A stretch of DNA of 64,000 nt, taken from the NCBI GenBank assembly GCA_013265495.1, contig MU058241.1, forward strand, positions 558,001-622,000, written 5' to 3'. The DNA comes from Vicugna vicugna (Eukaryota). Under the pieces are notes generated by a model that saw only the letters and a list, made by a program, of their open reading frames with translations, ran no database searches and was not told where the DNA came from. Both the position numbers and the translations under genes were made by a program. Position 1 is the first letter of the stretch. Every line of letters starts with the position of its first letter. Positions 40,567 through 54,447 of the stretch are shown piece after piece.

Positions 40567-41200
40567 TTGTGACTGAGCCAAACTTGGGTCCGCGCGCCCA
40601 CGCAGTAGTCTCCCGACCCTGGGCTGTGGTGAAGGAAAGTGCAGCCTTTACTGAAGGTGTGACAGAGGAGCCTGGGTGGCTCATGCTCAAAAGACTTGAC
40701 TCCCCGAGGCCTTTCAGGGAAAGGATTTTAAAGACAAGGTGAGGGAGGGGTTGCAGGGGGCCCTGATCAGCTCATGGACATTCTTCTGGTTGGCTGGTGG
40801 TGAGGCCATCAGGAGCTGACATCACCAACCTTCTGGTTCGAGCTGGTCTGGGGACGGGCTTGTGGTCAGCATCAGTTAACTTCTCCCACCTGGTGGGGTT
40901 TCACTGTCTGCAAAACAGATGAAGGGTGTGGCTCAGGGTATGATCAATAGCCCTTGAGGACCTACCGAAGTCCTTGACTTTGTTTAACAGCCAAACTATC
41001 ACTGTTTTGTCTTGTTTGACTGTTCCCCTTTATTTCTGCCTTTTCTCACTTCTGAAATTAAATTTGCTTTTTGAAACTCAGGGAAGGCCTAGAAGGCTAA
41101 AATATTTCTACAGACAAGAGGCAGGCAGAGGACATGGGGCTGCGGGGTAGGGGGGTGCAGTCTGTCCCTGGAAGGCCCCATAGCGTGCTGCCGGGTTACA
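40567..41200 (-). mobile_element. Solo ERV-class LTR, same family as 19526-20236
   Basis: tgactgagccaaacttgggtcc...ggaaggccccatagcgtgctgccgggttaca; shared blocks with the nested LTR. Confidence 0.7.
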
Positions 41201-42770
41201 GTGCAAAGTGTGTGTGAGAGTGTTTCGTGGCTAAGCCAGGCATTTGCTCTAAACTCTTTTTCAACCTAAAATTACCATTGCTGTGCTGTCTGGGCTAGAC
41301 CATTGTGTGTGTAGCTTCTGTGTTCCCCTAGGAAGGAAGAGAAAGTGACTTTTCCTGAGGAGGATCCTTGTCACGTCTTCCCTTCACACTCCTTGACACA
41401 AGTCTAGGCAGAGAGGGGATGGCGTTTTTATTCAGTCATTCTCAGTAGGGCCTTCAGTTCTCAACAGTGGATGTCAGAGCTGACAGCAGTTCTGGTAGCT
41501 GTGAAATGACAGTGATGTGCCGACAAGTCACTGAACCCCTAGTCCCTGCCAAGGACTCATATCAACACCCCATAACCTCGTGGTACAAGAGGTGCCAGAG
41601 GGAAGCAGGAGTTACACATGCCTCGTGGATAGATGGTCTCCAGAAGCTCTTCGAGCCATGCCTTGATTACAGGACTGATCTGTGTCCCTTCACCATCTCA
41701 CAGTCGTCCTTGGCATGTACTGAACCCCATTTGCTGCAGTGCAGCTCGTGTGATATTCTCAGAAACCATCTCACAACCCAGTCAGCCTGAGGAACTTGCT
41801 GAGAACATCGATCTGTTACTCTGTGCCGCCTTCAGGAGAAAACGTGGGAAGACGTTCATCGTGTGCATCTATTCAGTACTCAATATACTTCCCTCAGCAA
41901 CTGGTAGATGTTTTAGCCTGGAGCCGCTGGGACCATACTGTCTTCCCCTTAGAACTGGCCGTTACAAAGCTAGAAGATAAATAAAATCTCGTGCTTTACC
42001 AGGGTTACTGAGATTGATCCCATGTACTTTGGGAACCAGCTTTGTACCTGACTCCAGTTTTTATTTGTTTTATCTCGTTTTTCTCACCCATGTGAGATTT
42101 GCTTTCTGGCTGTATCCTATGGGCCTCTGTAAATCGTGTTGAATCCTTTTAAGGGTGAGAAGGGCTGTAGATAAATCCATAAACTAGTAAGTAACTTGAG
42201 GAGTGCCGTACTGGGGCTGAGACTTGCCTGGCGCGCTGTTGAGCTTCCTGAACCACTTTATACACAGTTTCATGGTGAGCTGAGGTGAGGGGACGAGACG
42301 GCTGTATTCCTCCCGAAGCTCCTTCAGCTGGGCCGTGATGACGGGGGGCTCTGTCCTTGGAAAGGAGTGACAGTGGCCACTTGTCAGCTAGGTGATGGCT
42401 GTGACTGGGCAAAAGAAACAAGAAAATGCAGCTTAAGTGGTGAAACCAGGGGGTGCAGGAGGGACGTGTCCTGATGGGAAATGAGGTAAGTGGAACAAAG
42501 GTGAAAAGCTTTTGTTTGTGTCGCCTTTTGGAGCCAAAGGGGTTTGGCCCTGTCTTCACAGATCTTAAGTCATAAATAGCAGAGGTCAGAGGATAGTCTT
42601 TAAAACCACACAATAAAGAAAGAACTTCTCTCAACTGGGTCTTTTCAGAGGACAGCTACCAATGTGGGTGAGTTCATTTTCCATTTGTGTGGGGGAAGGA
42701 ATGACTCAAAGTGGGCACTTTGTGAACGTCTTTCCTTCTCTGTCTCGCTCGCTTGCTCTCTCTCTCTCTC

Positions 42771-43225
42771 TTTTTTTTTTTTACCATTTTAAAAATTGAA
42801 GTGTAGTTAATTTACAATGTTGTGTTAGTTTCAGATGTACAGCAAAGTGATTCAGTTATTCATGTATTCTTTTTCTGATTCTTTTCCATTATAGTTTCTT
42901 TTCTTAAAAAAATTTGGGGGGGAGAGGAAGCATTAGGTTTATTTATTTACTTAATAGATTTGAACCCAGGACCTCATGCATGGAAAGTATCTGCTCTACC
43001 CCTGAACTATAGCCTCCCCCCTGCATCATAGTTTATTATAAGATGTTGAATGTAGTTCCCTGCGCTATACCGTATGCCCTTGTTATACCTCTTTTATGTA
43101 TAGTAATTTGTACCTGTTAATCTCCAACCTCCTAATTTATTGCTCCCTGTCCTTTCTTCCTGGTTACCGTAAGTTTATTTTCTGTCTGTGAGTCTGTTTC
43201 TGTTTTGTAAAAAAGTTCATTTGTC
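42771..43225 (-). mobile_element. L1 3' UTR (antisense) with nested SINE
   Basis: polyT then aattgaagtgtagttaatttacaatgttgtgttagtttcagatgtacagcaaagtgattcag...gttccctgcgctatac...tgtgagtctgtttctgttttgtaa. Confidence 0.85.
42898..43023 (-). mobile_element. vic-1-like SINE nested in L1
   Basis: tgaacccaggacctcatgcatg...gctctacccctgaactatagcctcccc; TSD cattatagttt/catcatagttt. Confidence 0.75.
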
Positions 43226-43337
43226 TTTCTTTCCTTTCCTTTCTTTATCTTTCTTTCTTTCTCTCCCTCTCTTCCTTCCTTCCTCCCTTTTCTTTCTTCC
43301 TTTCTCTCTCTCCCACCTTCCCTCTCTCCCTCCCTTT
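43225..43337. repeat. CT-rich polypyrimidine simple repeat
   Basis: About 110 nt almost entirely C/T. Confidence 0.85.
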
Positions 43338-45700
43338 TATTAGTAGTAAGTGTTGACGTTGCTCTCTGTGAAGGACCTTCCCAGTCTGCCTTAGGTTACT
43401 GGAGTCCGTATGGAAAATTTTAGACATAGAGAAGCACCTGCGGGTGAAGTGTGCGTTTCACCTCCTGTAACCACAGCGGAAACTCCACTCCAGCGGCGCA
43501 ATGGGCATCTCTACGTGCTTTTCGTTGTACCCATAGCTCAGTTGCCTTCCATGTGCATATTCATGTTAGAAGACAGGTTGCAGGGAAGGCCAGGTCGACC
43601 AGGAGACATTTGCTGGTGGTTAGCGAAGTGGGATCCCGTGCCATTGCCTTAGTAAACGGCACGCACTTTAAGTAATCATGAGTGACTGATTCTGCACCCT
43701 GTTCCACGTGGAACAGTGTTTACAACACGACCTGTGGAAGTTCCTGGGGCCAGGCGGACCTTGCACCGTGCAAGCAGAGGTCACTTTAAGCGTTCGGCCG
43801 CCCGCCGATGTGACCAGTTGAGCCTGTGGCAGACTTTCTCATGTTCCTCGACGGGGGCATCCTGGGGGTGTGTGGGGGGCTGCCCCCCTCCTCCTCCTAC
43901 TGGGTCCTGCTTACTGATGAAGGTGGGGTCTGGAGGGCCGCGCAGCTCCCCGTTCTCACAGCTGAACGGTTGAACTTGGGCGGTTGCAGATGAATGAGCC
44001 GCCTTTCCCAAGAGAAAGTGCACAATGGCTTCGGGACTATTAAGCTGTGAAGATTCATGCTCTGGCGTTTGGGAGTGTGTGTTCAGCAACTTTTCCTTGG
44101 GGAGGGAGGGGGGCGTGTGCGTTTTGGCTTTTTACATCCAACTGTATGCACATTTTCCCTTTTTGTATGAGGAAATAATGCCTGCACTAAGGGTAACCCT
44201 CCCCTCCTCCTAAATCCTTCCACAAAAAGATACTTATTAAGGCTGGCATTCTGAAGAACTAAATGCTTCTTTAACTTTGCTTTATCTGCTTCAATGAGCA
44301 CAGTGTACCGAGTCCGGGGAATTCACATTACGGCCGCGAGCCGCCCTGCCTATTCTCTAGGGCTCTTTGGGCACAGAAATAATCCCTTCCTAGAATCTTT
44401 TGAGAAAGCGACTGAAGTATGCAGGCTAATCAGCTGTAAATCTTGGCCATCCCGAAAGTATGGCGTGAAGTTGCATCGAAAAGTGTTCCGATCACCAAGA
44501 AACCGGTCACTCTGTCTGTTTAAAGACGGACTCCAGTTTCAAGAGCCAGGGAAAATTCGCAGCAAACACATGGGTTTGTTGTGTTTTAAAGCCTCGCGAT
44601 GCTGCCCCTCCGGCACCCATCCTCGCCTTTGTCCTTCGCATCCTGTGTATGTTTCTTTCGTTTCTTTGTCATTTGGAGACAAAAAGACAGTGAAACTCCT
44701 TAGAACTTTTGTTTTCCAACTGGTAATGGAGAATATTATAAGGGGTAACGAACGCTGGCAGAATGTTGAGTTACACACCCTGGGAGGCGTTGCTGTGTGA
44801 CTTCTGAATCTTTTTCTGCTCAGTCCTGGGACAATATCTGGGAGGGAAAAATAGCCTAGTTTGGGAGAGTCACATCTCCAGGCCTTTGTGTGCCGCTGTG
44901 CTGAAATCCCCCGTGTTACCTCATTAGCTGTCATTCTGCTGAGGGGTGGCGTCTTGCTGAGGATGAAGGCAAAGTTAGTTGGCTTGCATTTTCCTTTATA
45001 GTAGCATTAATCAAGTCTTAAGATACTTAATGTATACAGTTGAAGGCTCTTTCTGAACCACCAGAATCTAACGGCAATGGGACAAGGTGATTGCACTCTG
45101 ACAACTGAAATGCAGAATGAGAACTTCGTTGTTGGTCAATGAAATGTCCCTTCTTTACCTGCCTCACCTTTCCCTATCTTCCTCCGTCTGTACATACACA
45201 AACCACGACTATGTTTCCATCCTGAGATGCAGATTCAAGTCCATACTCATCACTTCTGATTTATGGTCCTGTTGAAACCCTTTAAGTTGCTTTGTCCTGG
45301 TTTGGACACGTTTCTCCTCCCTGTTGCATGAGAGACTGAGCGACATGTGGAGAGAGTCTGGTCTCTGGGCTCCAGTGCTGACGGTGTCACTTAGGAGCTC
45401 TGTGGCCAAGCTGCTTATTTGTCACCCCCAAACTTGTTCCTCTCCCTAGAGTCTCCAATTAATTAAAAACATAAATAATCACTCAGCCACTCAACCTAAA
45501 AACTCACCAGCCTCCTTACTGCCATCCTCTCCTTTACCTTGCTACCATCCTTCTGCAGAGTTTTTCAGATTCACGTCTCCAACCAGTTCGCCATCCTCCC
45601 TGCTGTAACTCCAGCATGTGTTATCCCTGGCGTAGACAAGCCCCACGGCCTCTCCCTTGCTCCCTATTTCTGCTCTTTTAAGACTCCCAACTTCTCAGAG

Positions 45701-45870
45701 CAGTGCTTCTCAAACATAACTGTGCTTAAGAGTCTGCTGGTGAGCTTGCTCAGTTACCGATTCCTGGGTCCCACCTCCAGAGGTTCTAATTCAGTGAGTC
45801 TGGGCTGGGGTTTGAGAGTCTGTATTTGTAGGAGACCTGCAGTGGGGCCTGTTGCTGGCCCAGGGTAGTT
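45701..45870. mobile_element. MER5-like hAT MITE
   Basis: cagtgcttctcaaac...gattcctgggtcccacctccagaggttctaattcagtgagtctgggctgggg. Confidence 0.7.
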
Positions 45871-45884
45871 TCAAGCCTCTTACC

Positions 45885-48800
45885 ATCAAGCCTGGCGATA
45901 GCCATGGGGCTGTCTGCAGGTACTCCTTACCAAGCTGAGAAAGTTCCCCATGATGCCTAGTTTACTGAAAGTCCTCATCATGAGTGAGTGTCGGGTTTCG
46001 TTAAATGCTTTTTCTGTATCCATTGATATGATCATAAGAGTTTTCTTTCTTTGGCCTGTCGATGTCATGGATTACATCTCTCGATATTTGAATGTTGAAC
46101 TAGCATTGGAGTCAATGCTGGGACAAATCCCACTTGGTCAAATGTTTATGTAATTCTTTTCATACAGCTTTGGATTCAGTTTGCTAATATTTTCTTGAGG
46201 ATTTTTGCATCTGTATTCATAAGAGAGATTTCTTACAGCTTTCGTCTGATGCCTTTGGTTTTGGTATTGGAGTAACGCTGACCTCATAGAATGAGTGAAG
46301 AAGTGTTCCCTCTGCTTCAATCCTCTGAACAAATGGTAGAGAATTGGTCTCATTCCTTTCTTAGTCGTTGAGTAGAATTCACCAGTGAACCCACATGGGC
46401 CTGGTGTTTTCTGTTTTGGAAGACTATTAAGTATTAATTCAGTATCTTTAACAGATACAAGCCTACTGAGGTCATCTCTTTCTTCTGTGACTTTTAACAG
46501 ATTCTATTTTTTAAGAAATTGGTCCATTTCATCTACGTTATTGAATTTGTGGACATAGTTTTTCATAGTACTTCTTTATTATACTTTAAATTTCCATGCG
46601 ATCTGTAGTGTCCCTCTTTCATTTCTCCTGTTAGTCATTTGTGTCTTCTCTCTTCTTCATTAGCCCTGCTAGAGGCTTAATGATTCTACTGATCTTTTAA
46701 AAGAAACAGATTTTGACTTTGTGGTTTTTCTTTATTGAGTTCCTGTTCTTAATTTCATTTGTTTCTGCACTAACTCTTATTATTTCTTTCCTTCTCCTCA
46801 CTTAGGATTTAATTTGTTCTTTCTTTGCTAGTTTTCTAAGCTGGAAATTTAGATTAGTGACTTTAGATCTTTCTTTCCTAATACAACATTCAGTGCTATA
46901 CATTTTTCTCTAAATACTGTTTTCAGTACATGCTACATTTTGAAAAGTTGTGTTTTTGTCTTTATTCACTTCAAAATAATTTTAAATTCCTTTTGAGAGT
47001 TCTCCGTTGACCCGTGTGTTATTTAGAACCCGTGTGTTGTTGAATCCCCACATGTTTTGGAGTTTTCCAATGATCTTTCCACTGTTAACTTCTAGTTTTC
47101 ATTCCATTGTGACCTGAGAGCAGACATGATGTGTTTTATGGCCCCGAATGTGGTCTGTTTTGGTGCATATTCCATGTGAGCTTGAGAGAAGTGTTTTCTG
47201 CTGTTGTTGGGTCAATTAGTCTATAGATGTCACTTACATACAGTTGATCCTTGGTGCTGTTGAGTTCAGCTATGTCTCCAGTGATTTTCTACCAGCTGGG
47301 TCTGTCCGTTTCTGAGAGGGGGCTTTGAAGTCTCCAACTGTGACATTGAATGCATCTGTTTCTTCTGTTTGTACTTGCTGTTCTATTTGTTTTTGTCTCA
47401 CGGAGTTTATTAAGAACCGTTATGTCTTCTTGGAGAATTGACCTCTTTATCATTATGTAAGTACCCTTCTTTATCCCTGATAACTTTCTTTGTTTTGAAG
47501 TCCGCTCTGTTTAAAATTATTAGAGCTACTCATGCTTTCTTTTGATGAGTGTTAGCCTGGTGTATTTTCTCTATCCATTTACTTTTAATCTGTGTGTGTC
47601 TGTATTTAAGGCAGACTTCTTGTTTTTTGGGTCTTGTGTTTTGATTCGCTCACAGTCACCATCTTTTAAATTGGTGCATTTAGACCATTGACATTCAAAG
47701 TGATTATTGATATAGTTGGGTTCATATCTATCATATTTGATAATGTTTGTTGCTTTTGTTCTTTGTTCCTATTTTTTGTGGCTTTGAGCGTTTGGTGATT
47801 CCGCTTTCCTTTTTTAACATATTAGACTTTTTTTTAAACTCTTTTTAGTGATTGCCTTATAGATTACAATATACATTTACAATAAATTCAAGTCCACTTT
47901 CAAATAATCCCATACCACTTTACTGGCTAGTATGAATACTATATAATGACAAAATAATCCTAATTCCTTTCTCTTTCATTTTACTTAAAAATAAGTGGAC
48001 AGGAATATGTATAAAATTATATATTTCTATATAAGCATATACATTATAAACTAAAAATGTGTATATAAAATATATATTTATGTATAATAGATACATATGC
48101 ACACATGATCAAATAACTTGATGCTGTTATTATTTTGAACAAACTGTTATCAATTAAGAATAAAAAAATATAAAATTTGGAATTTTATCTTTACTTATTC
48201 CTCCTTTGATATTCTTTTTTCCCTTCTTTTTGTAGATCTGAATTTCTGACCTGTATTATTTTTTCTCTCTAAAGAACTTTTTAACGTTTGTTGCCATGTA
48301 GGTCTAGTGGCAAAAAATTCCCTCAGTTTTGGTTTGTCTGAGTCTTTATTTCACCTTCACTTTTGAAGGATGATTTTACAGGGTAAAAACTTATAGCTGG
48401 TGGGATTCCCCCCCACTCCCCCAGCATTTTAAATATTTCTGTCCACTTTCCTTACTTGCTTGATTTCTGAGGAAACGTTAAATGTGATTCCTTGTTTCTT
48501 TGTAGGTAAAATATATTTCCCTCCTCTGGCTTTCTTGAGGATTTCTTTTTTATCTTTGATCTTCTATAACTTGAAGGTGAGATGCTGAGGTGTCGACGTG
48601 TGACAGTTACTCCACTTGTTCACTGAGCTTCTGGATCTGTGGCTTTGTGTCTGATACGATTTTGTTCCTCAGCTGTTTCCTTATCTACTCATAAGTGCAG
48701 GAAAGGCATTCTGTATTTGTTATACTTTTTGATCGCCAGGACATTTTTTTTTTCGTTCGTTCTTAGCATCTCCACCTCTCTGCTTACATTGCCCACCTGT

Positions 48801-49600
48801 TCTTGCATGCTGTCTGCAATATTGGTCTGAGTTGTTTTCAATTCCTGATGTGATAATGCTCACATTCCTGCCTTGTCTGGTTCTGATGATCACTTTCTCT
48901 CTTCAAATTGTCTTGTTTTGCCTTTGGGTATGCCTTTTCATTTTCTCTTGAAAGCTGGATATGTCTACCATAGACGGAAATGCTGTAAAAAGAACTTCAG
49001 TTAAACAGTGGTTAAGGTGTGTAAGGAGTGGAAACATTCTTAGTCTTCTGACTAGATTTCAGTCTTTAGTGAGGCTGTGCCTCTGAACTAGGAACGTGTT
49101 AAGTGTTTCTGAAGCTTTTTCTCTTCCCTTAGGTGGGACAGAATGGCGGAAGCTAGCTGACATTGGACGTTTCCTGCCCCCAGGTCGGTTAGGCTCTGAT
49201 AATAATACCCAGCAGGTCAGGGTCTGGTTAGCTGGTGTCCCTGAAGCAGGCCCTCCCAGAAGACATCTTTCAGAATGGTTCCTTTTGGAGTCCCTCTGGA
49301 CTCTTACCTGTCAGACTCGTCACCTGCAGTCTCCAGCAGTTGGTCAGTTGCAATTCAGTGTCCCTACCCTGGCCCCCGTTCCCGTGGTGGTTTCCACCTG
49401 GGGATTTCTGCTCTGGAAAGCCATAACTTCTCGTGTTCGCCTGTCTCTCCAGTCTTGGGAGCACTGGCTTGTTCTGTGCCCTCTCACGTCTTACGGGTTT
49501 CAGGCAAAGCTGTGAATGTTCTAGTCTGTTCACCTTTTTATTGGTTGTGAAGATGGACTGGTGACATCTGGATTCCTTACCTGCTGAGCTAGACGCTGGA
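45885..49600 (-). mobile_element. Large decayed L1 (ORF2 RT/EN region to about 47760 plus 5'-ward sequence), antisense; right boundary approximate
   Basis: ORF 45886-46068 MIISMDTEKAFNETRHSLMMRTFSKLGIMGNFLSLVRS matches the L1 RT motif IISIDAEKAFDKIQH; EN-start sequence ttggtgcatttagaccattgacatt near 47670. Confidence 0.85.
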
Positions 49601-51607
49601 GGTGACTGTGCCAGCGTTTTTGCTGTGAAACTCTCATTTTCCGCCAGTGGCCAGACTGAATTCCTTCCTTCTGTGCAGCCTTTCCTGACCTTTATATTTT
49701 CCTCAGTCCCAGGACCGACTAGTCAGCCCCTCCTGTGCACTGACACAATGCTGTGTTCACATTCATTGTCTTGGAGTTTTTTGCCTCTATGTGTTTGCAC
49801 GTAGAACCCAAGATGCTCGAGGCGTGGACCCTCGTTACCCTCACCACCCCCACCGCCTTTATTCCAGTCTGTTTATCTTCCTTCTCTCCCTTTGCATTTG
49901 TACAGCTTTGCTTATGTTGTGTCCGTGTGCCTGGACCAGTGCCTGTGGACGGATAATGAGGATGAGGCGATGGGATGTGGGCTGGATATAATTTTAGTCT
50001 TCTGTATCAGCATCCTTCACGCCTCCGTTCTGAGAAGGGCCTTCTGATCAGTATACGTCTTTCATGTCCTTGACGTACATTGGTGGTAATCTGACATTTT
50101 TAGTACATCTAGCTTTGTCCTCAAATGTGTTGATAGCAGCTGTGGCTTGATCTTCAGTCCTGATATGAATATCTTTCATTTGGTTAAGATTGACAGTGTG
50201 CACAAGTCTTCACATAAATGAATAGCACTTGCCTTTCAAAGCATCTTTCTGAGAAGCAGAGGGAAAGTTCTAACTTTGTTTGACAGTGTGCGAGACAGGA
50301 GGTTGTGAGTAGCCTTCTCAGTGTCTCATGGCTAATAGGATGTGAGGACAGTGGAAAGGACCCTAGTGTCGTTGGTAACTTTGGGAGAGGGTGTAGGAGA
50401 GCCTGGAAGCCAGGAGCCTGACTGCATGTGAGCTGAGGGGAATTGGAAAGGGAGAGATTTGATTCAGGTATGGTGCCCTCTCCTTTTGGTAGTTTGGCCA
50501 CAAGGCGAAGAGAAAAAAGAGGGAAATCCGGGTTTGAAGAGGCAGGACAATCTCTCAGACAGGTTCAGCTGCTTTCTCTTGAATGTATATAAATCCATAT
50601 TCCTCCTCACATTGCTCTGTGTTGATACTGGTTTTCACTGCCCTGTGTCTAAGTGCTGGGTGACTAGACTAGTGTAGAAGGAAAACATCCTCCCTGACCC
50701 TGTTGGGTTCCCTCGCTCAGCCTGTTGGCTAGAACTTGGCATTTAGGCCAGTACTAAGGCAGGGTGAAGACACATAGCACAGCACTGGGACGTCTCTTAA
50801 AACTGCTCCGATGTGGTACCTGCCAGTGCTCATCACAGCTTCTAGGCCAAGCACGTCACAGAACCCAGGATGACATCAGTGGGACTGAGAAGTGTGTGTC
50901 GTCACGGTCACAGACCATCCTCTTCTAGGGAGGCAGAAGACGTGGGATCAGTGTGCAGTCTACCTCGCTAGGAAGAGCACTTAGAATGATGAATCATTGG
51001 GTTTAATCATTAGACATTTATACAGGTCTGCAAATAATGGCAGTGATAGGAGATAATTTAATCCACTTATACTAAAATGATCACACCTAAGCCATTGCTT
51101 GCTGAGCTGTGTTAGGAGCGGTACTCTGGCATTGACATGGGCATGAAACTCCTCTGAGGTAGGACTGCTTAGTGCAACTCACCTGGGTGAAATGGTGTCA
51201 TTATTTAATGGGTGAGATTTCAAGCAGTGCTTACTTAGTGTACACTGTATGCATACGGCTGTGCTGAAAATCATTTTTCTACCAGCTAAGATTTTAAATT
51301 ATTTTACATGTTATTCTGCTCAATGTCTTGATGTCTTCGTGATGCTTAATTATCCCGGGGTGCAGCCAGGCAGCTCTCTGGCTTTGGCTGTGTCTCCTCC
51401 CTTCCCCTCACTGTTTCCCAGTCAGGGAACCTTAGAGAGATGCATCTCATTTTGGATGAATACTCAGAGATCTGCCCAGATGTCTTTCTATGACATTTGT
51501 AACTGTCTTTGGCCCTTACAGACCACAGGTTACTGGTGCCATGTCACAGCACCGTGCAACGCACCAGTGTGTCCAGACGCCCTGTCTGGGGGCCTGCTCC
51601 TCTAGAC

Positions 51608-51765
51608 CAGATTCCTCCAGCTTTCACGTGCATCCGCTGGAGATACTGTTCAAATGTAGATTCAGATTCAGCAGGTCCGGGTGGAGCTCAAGCTTTTGCA
51701 TTTCCAGTAAGTTCTCCGGGGAGGCTAATGCTCTAGGCCCATGGACCGCACTTTGAATAGCGAGA
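51608..51765. mobile_element. MER5B-like hAT MITE
   Basis: gattcagcaggtccgggtggagctcaagcttttgcatttccagtaagttctcc...ggaccgcactttgaatagc. Confidence 0.7.
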
Positions 51766-52514
51766 GTCTAACCAATCAGACTGGGAACGCCGCAGCCCGT
51801 GGGGGTAGCACCGTATCTGGAATAGCGTTGCCCGTTAGCGGCAAAGGTTAGGACACGTGGTTGAGTGAACTTTCCATTTGACTATGCATAACTGGGTTTT
51901 CTTTTTTCTTCTTCTTCTTCTTTTTTTTTTTTCTTTGCTCTTCATAGAAATGCTTCTGTGCCCCAAACCATTAGTTTATTATTGCACCGCAAACTAAAAT
52001 TAATTCAGACAGGCTGGGTTCCAGGAACTTTTATTGTCATTACTTAAAGGAGGAGAGAATGGTCTAAAATATGAATTTTTTATGCAGTGTTGCATTGGGG
52101 TGGGAGTGGGGAGTCTCATTGTTAGCCGTCTGCTCATCAACCAGAAAGCTTCTGTGATGTGGCCACAGACAGTGGATCACGTTACCCAGTAGGATGTGGG
52201 CACCAGGCAGGAGAAGGGGGCACTTGAAGCATCGTATCACAGCCTGGGAGACATCAGCTCATGTCTAATAGTCCCTCCGTAGCACTGATTTTACAGCGCA
52301 GCTGCAACAGAGAAGCCTGGCAGCGGGGCATCCTTTCAGGGCTGCTTGTTTTCTGTGTGTGGCAGTGTGCTGTGCGGGCAAACCCAGAGGTTCCTCCGCT
52401 GTCCTCACCCAACTTGATGCAGAGGGGACCACGGGTGCGCAGTGTGTGTGTGCAGGTGTGAGCCCGTGTGTATGTGACTGGGACTGCTGCGTAACCAGGC
52501 TGTCCATCTCTTCT

Positions 52515-52825
52515 TTTTTTTGTGGTAAAACACACATACGTTTTAATTAAAACGTTACCATTTTCCTCACTTATAAGTGCATGGTTCACTGGCATGAAGG
52601 ACATTCACGTCGTTGTGTGGCCATCAACCACCTTCCATACCCGGAACTTTCGGTCTTCCCAGACCAGCACTCTGTACTCACCAAACACTCTCCGTTTCTC
52701 CCTCCCCAGCCCCCGGCCCCCACCCTTCCCCTTTGTGACTCTATGAGCTTCGCTCCTCTGAGAACCTCATATAAGAGGAGTCATGCCATATTTGTCGTTC
52801 TGTGTCTGACACATTTTACTTGGCC
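52515..52825 (-). mobile_element. L1MB-like 3' UTR, antisense
   Basis: tttgtggtaaaacacacata...acattcacgtcgttgtgtggccatcaaccacc...acctcatataagaggagtcatgccatatttgtc. Confidence 0.75.
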
Positions 52826-54447
52826 TGACGCACATCTTTTAAAGCCAGGTTTTCATTTCGTTGGTTATTACTGGTATTTTTTTACTCTAAATTGTTGAAA
52901 AGAAGGTTGACGGGACAGTGTCATCATTTAATCTCTAGGGCTCTTGAGATGAATAAGCCCTCTTGTGAATGAATGGTTTGGGAACCATTTGTCCTTTGGA
53001 AGAGCCCTTGAAACTAGCAGATGCCTGATCCTTTTTGTTCAGAGTTGTTTATTTTGCTCCCTTTTGGTAGCTGTTCACTTAGGGGGAATTTCCTGTCGGG
53101 AGTATATGAGCCATGGCGTCCTGGTTGCTCCGACAGTACGTGGTGTGCTCCCACCATGGACTTCTTTGATCTTGTGCAGTGTTTGTGTGCCTGTGTCCCT
53201 AGAGGGGCGTCTCCTGGAGCAGAGAGACTGAGCTTACAGCCTCTGGGGCTCCTGAGCTCATTGTTGGGTGCGGCAGCCTTTTTTCTGCCTCTTCCAGCGC
53301 CAAGAGCACAGAGTCGCCTCAGTAAAGGGAAATTGCACGTGAGAGCACGTGAAATGGGCGGAGTCTACAATCGTCACATATAGAGGGACGCCCTCTCCAG
53401 TTTCTGCAGTTACCCCAGGAAGTGGCTATTGTTTTTCACATTTCACAGTTCAGACAGCTGGACATGGGATGGAATAAGGACTCTTCCGAGGTTCCTGGAA
53501 TCATGGCCGTTTGTGGGCCAAGTGGCAGGACTGTTTGTCTCTGCAGCCCGTGTTCTCTGTTTGTGACTTCAACTGACTGTTCCTGGCATCAGGAACGTTT
53601 GGGAGGAAATATAAAATGCTAGTGTATTTCACCACACTGTTTATTATTTCTTTCCAGCAGTACCCATATATTTCTTGCGACAGAAAACTGGGAATTGGGA
53701 CATCTCAGCCTCCAGGCTCGTGGGGGTTCAGTTGCCTTTGACCTTGCAGAGAGCAGCTTGCTTTCTGCATGACTCCATTTGAACTTGGACTCTTTCCGGG
53801 GCTCTCAGTTGCTTCTGGGTTCTCTGACCAAACAGTTATCTCCTATCACTGGGGGATTGTCCTCCTGCCTCAAATGAAAGAGATACGTCCTTACTACACT
53901 TTCCACGTATCGAATGAACCCATGTAACCCCAATGTAAAGGTCCGGGCGACCAGGGTCCAGTGATGTAAATGGAGGGGTGACCCCAACGGGCTAGTGGGG
54001 AGCTTGCTGTTCAGGTCACTCGCGCTGCCCCGAGCAGTCGCACCTGGTCCTGCATGGCCAGGGGGGTCAGCAGGGAGAGGACAGAGACAGACCTAGAAGG
54101 AACAGCTTGGGGTGGTCACGGCTGTTAACCTTCTTTGGTTCTGGCCCCTGCTACTGACGGATCTCTGTTTATCTCATTATTGCCTCCCTGGGTGGCAGGT
54201 ATGGACAGAAAACCCCTGTGGTGGGTTTTTCTCAATTTCCTTTTATTATTAACTTTGTACCTTTTTACACATTGCTGGGTCACTCTAGCTGCTCTGAGTT
54301 AGAGGGACAGCAAATAAATAATTATTATGCAAATAAAGCTGTTTTAACCCGTCCTTAGCCCTTCCAGAAAAAAAAATTCTACACTTCCCAGCAACTTTGT
54401 TGCCTGTCAGTCTAGCTTTTCATAATAATCTCAGAAGTTTTGAGGCA

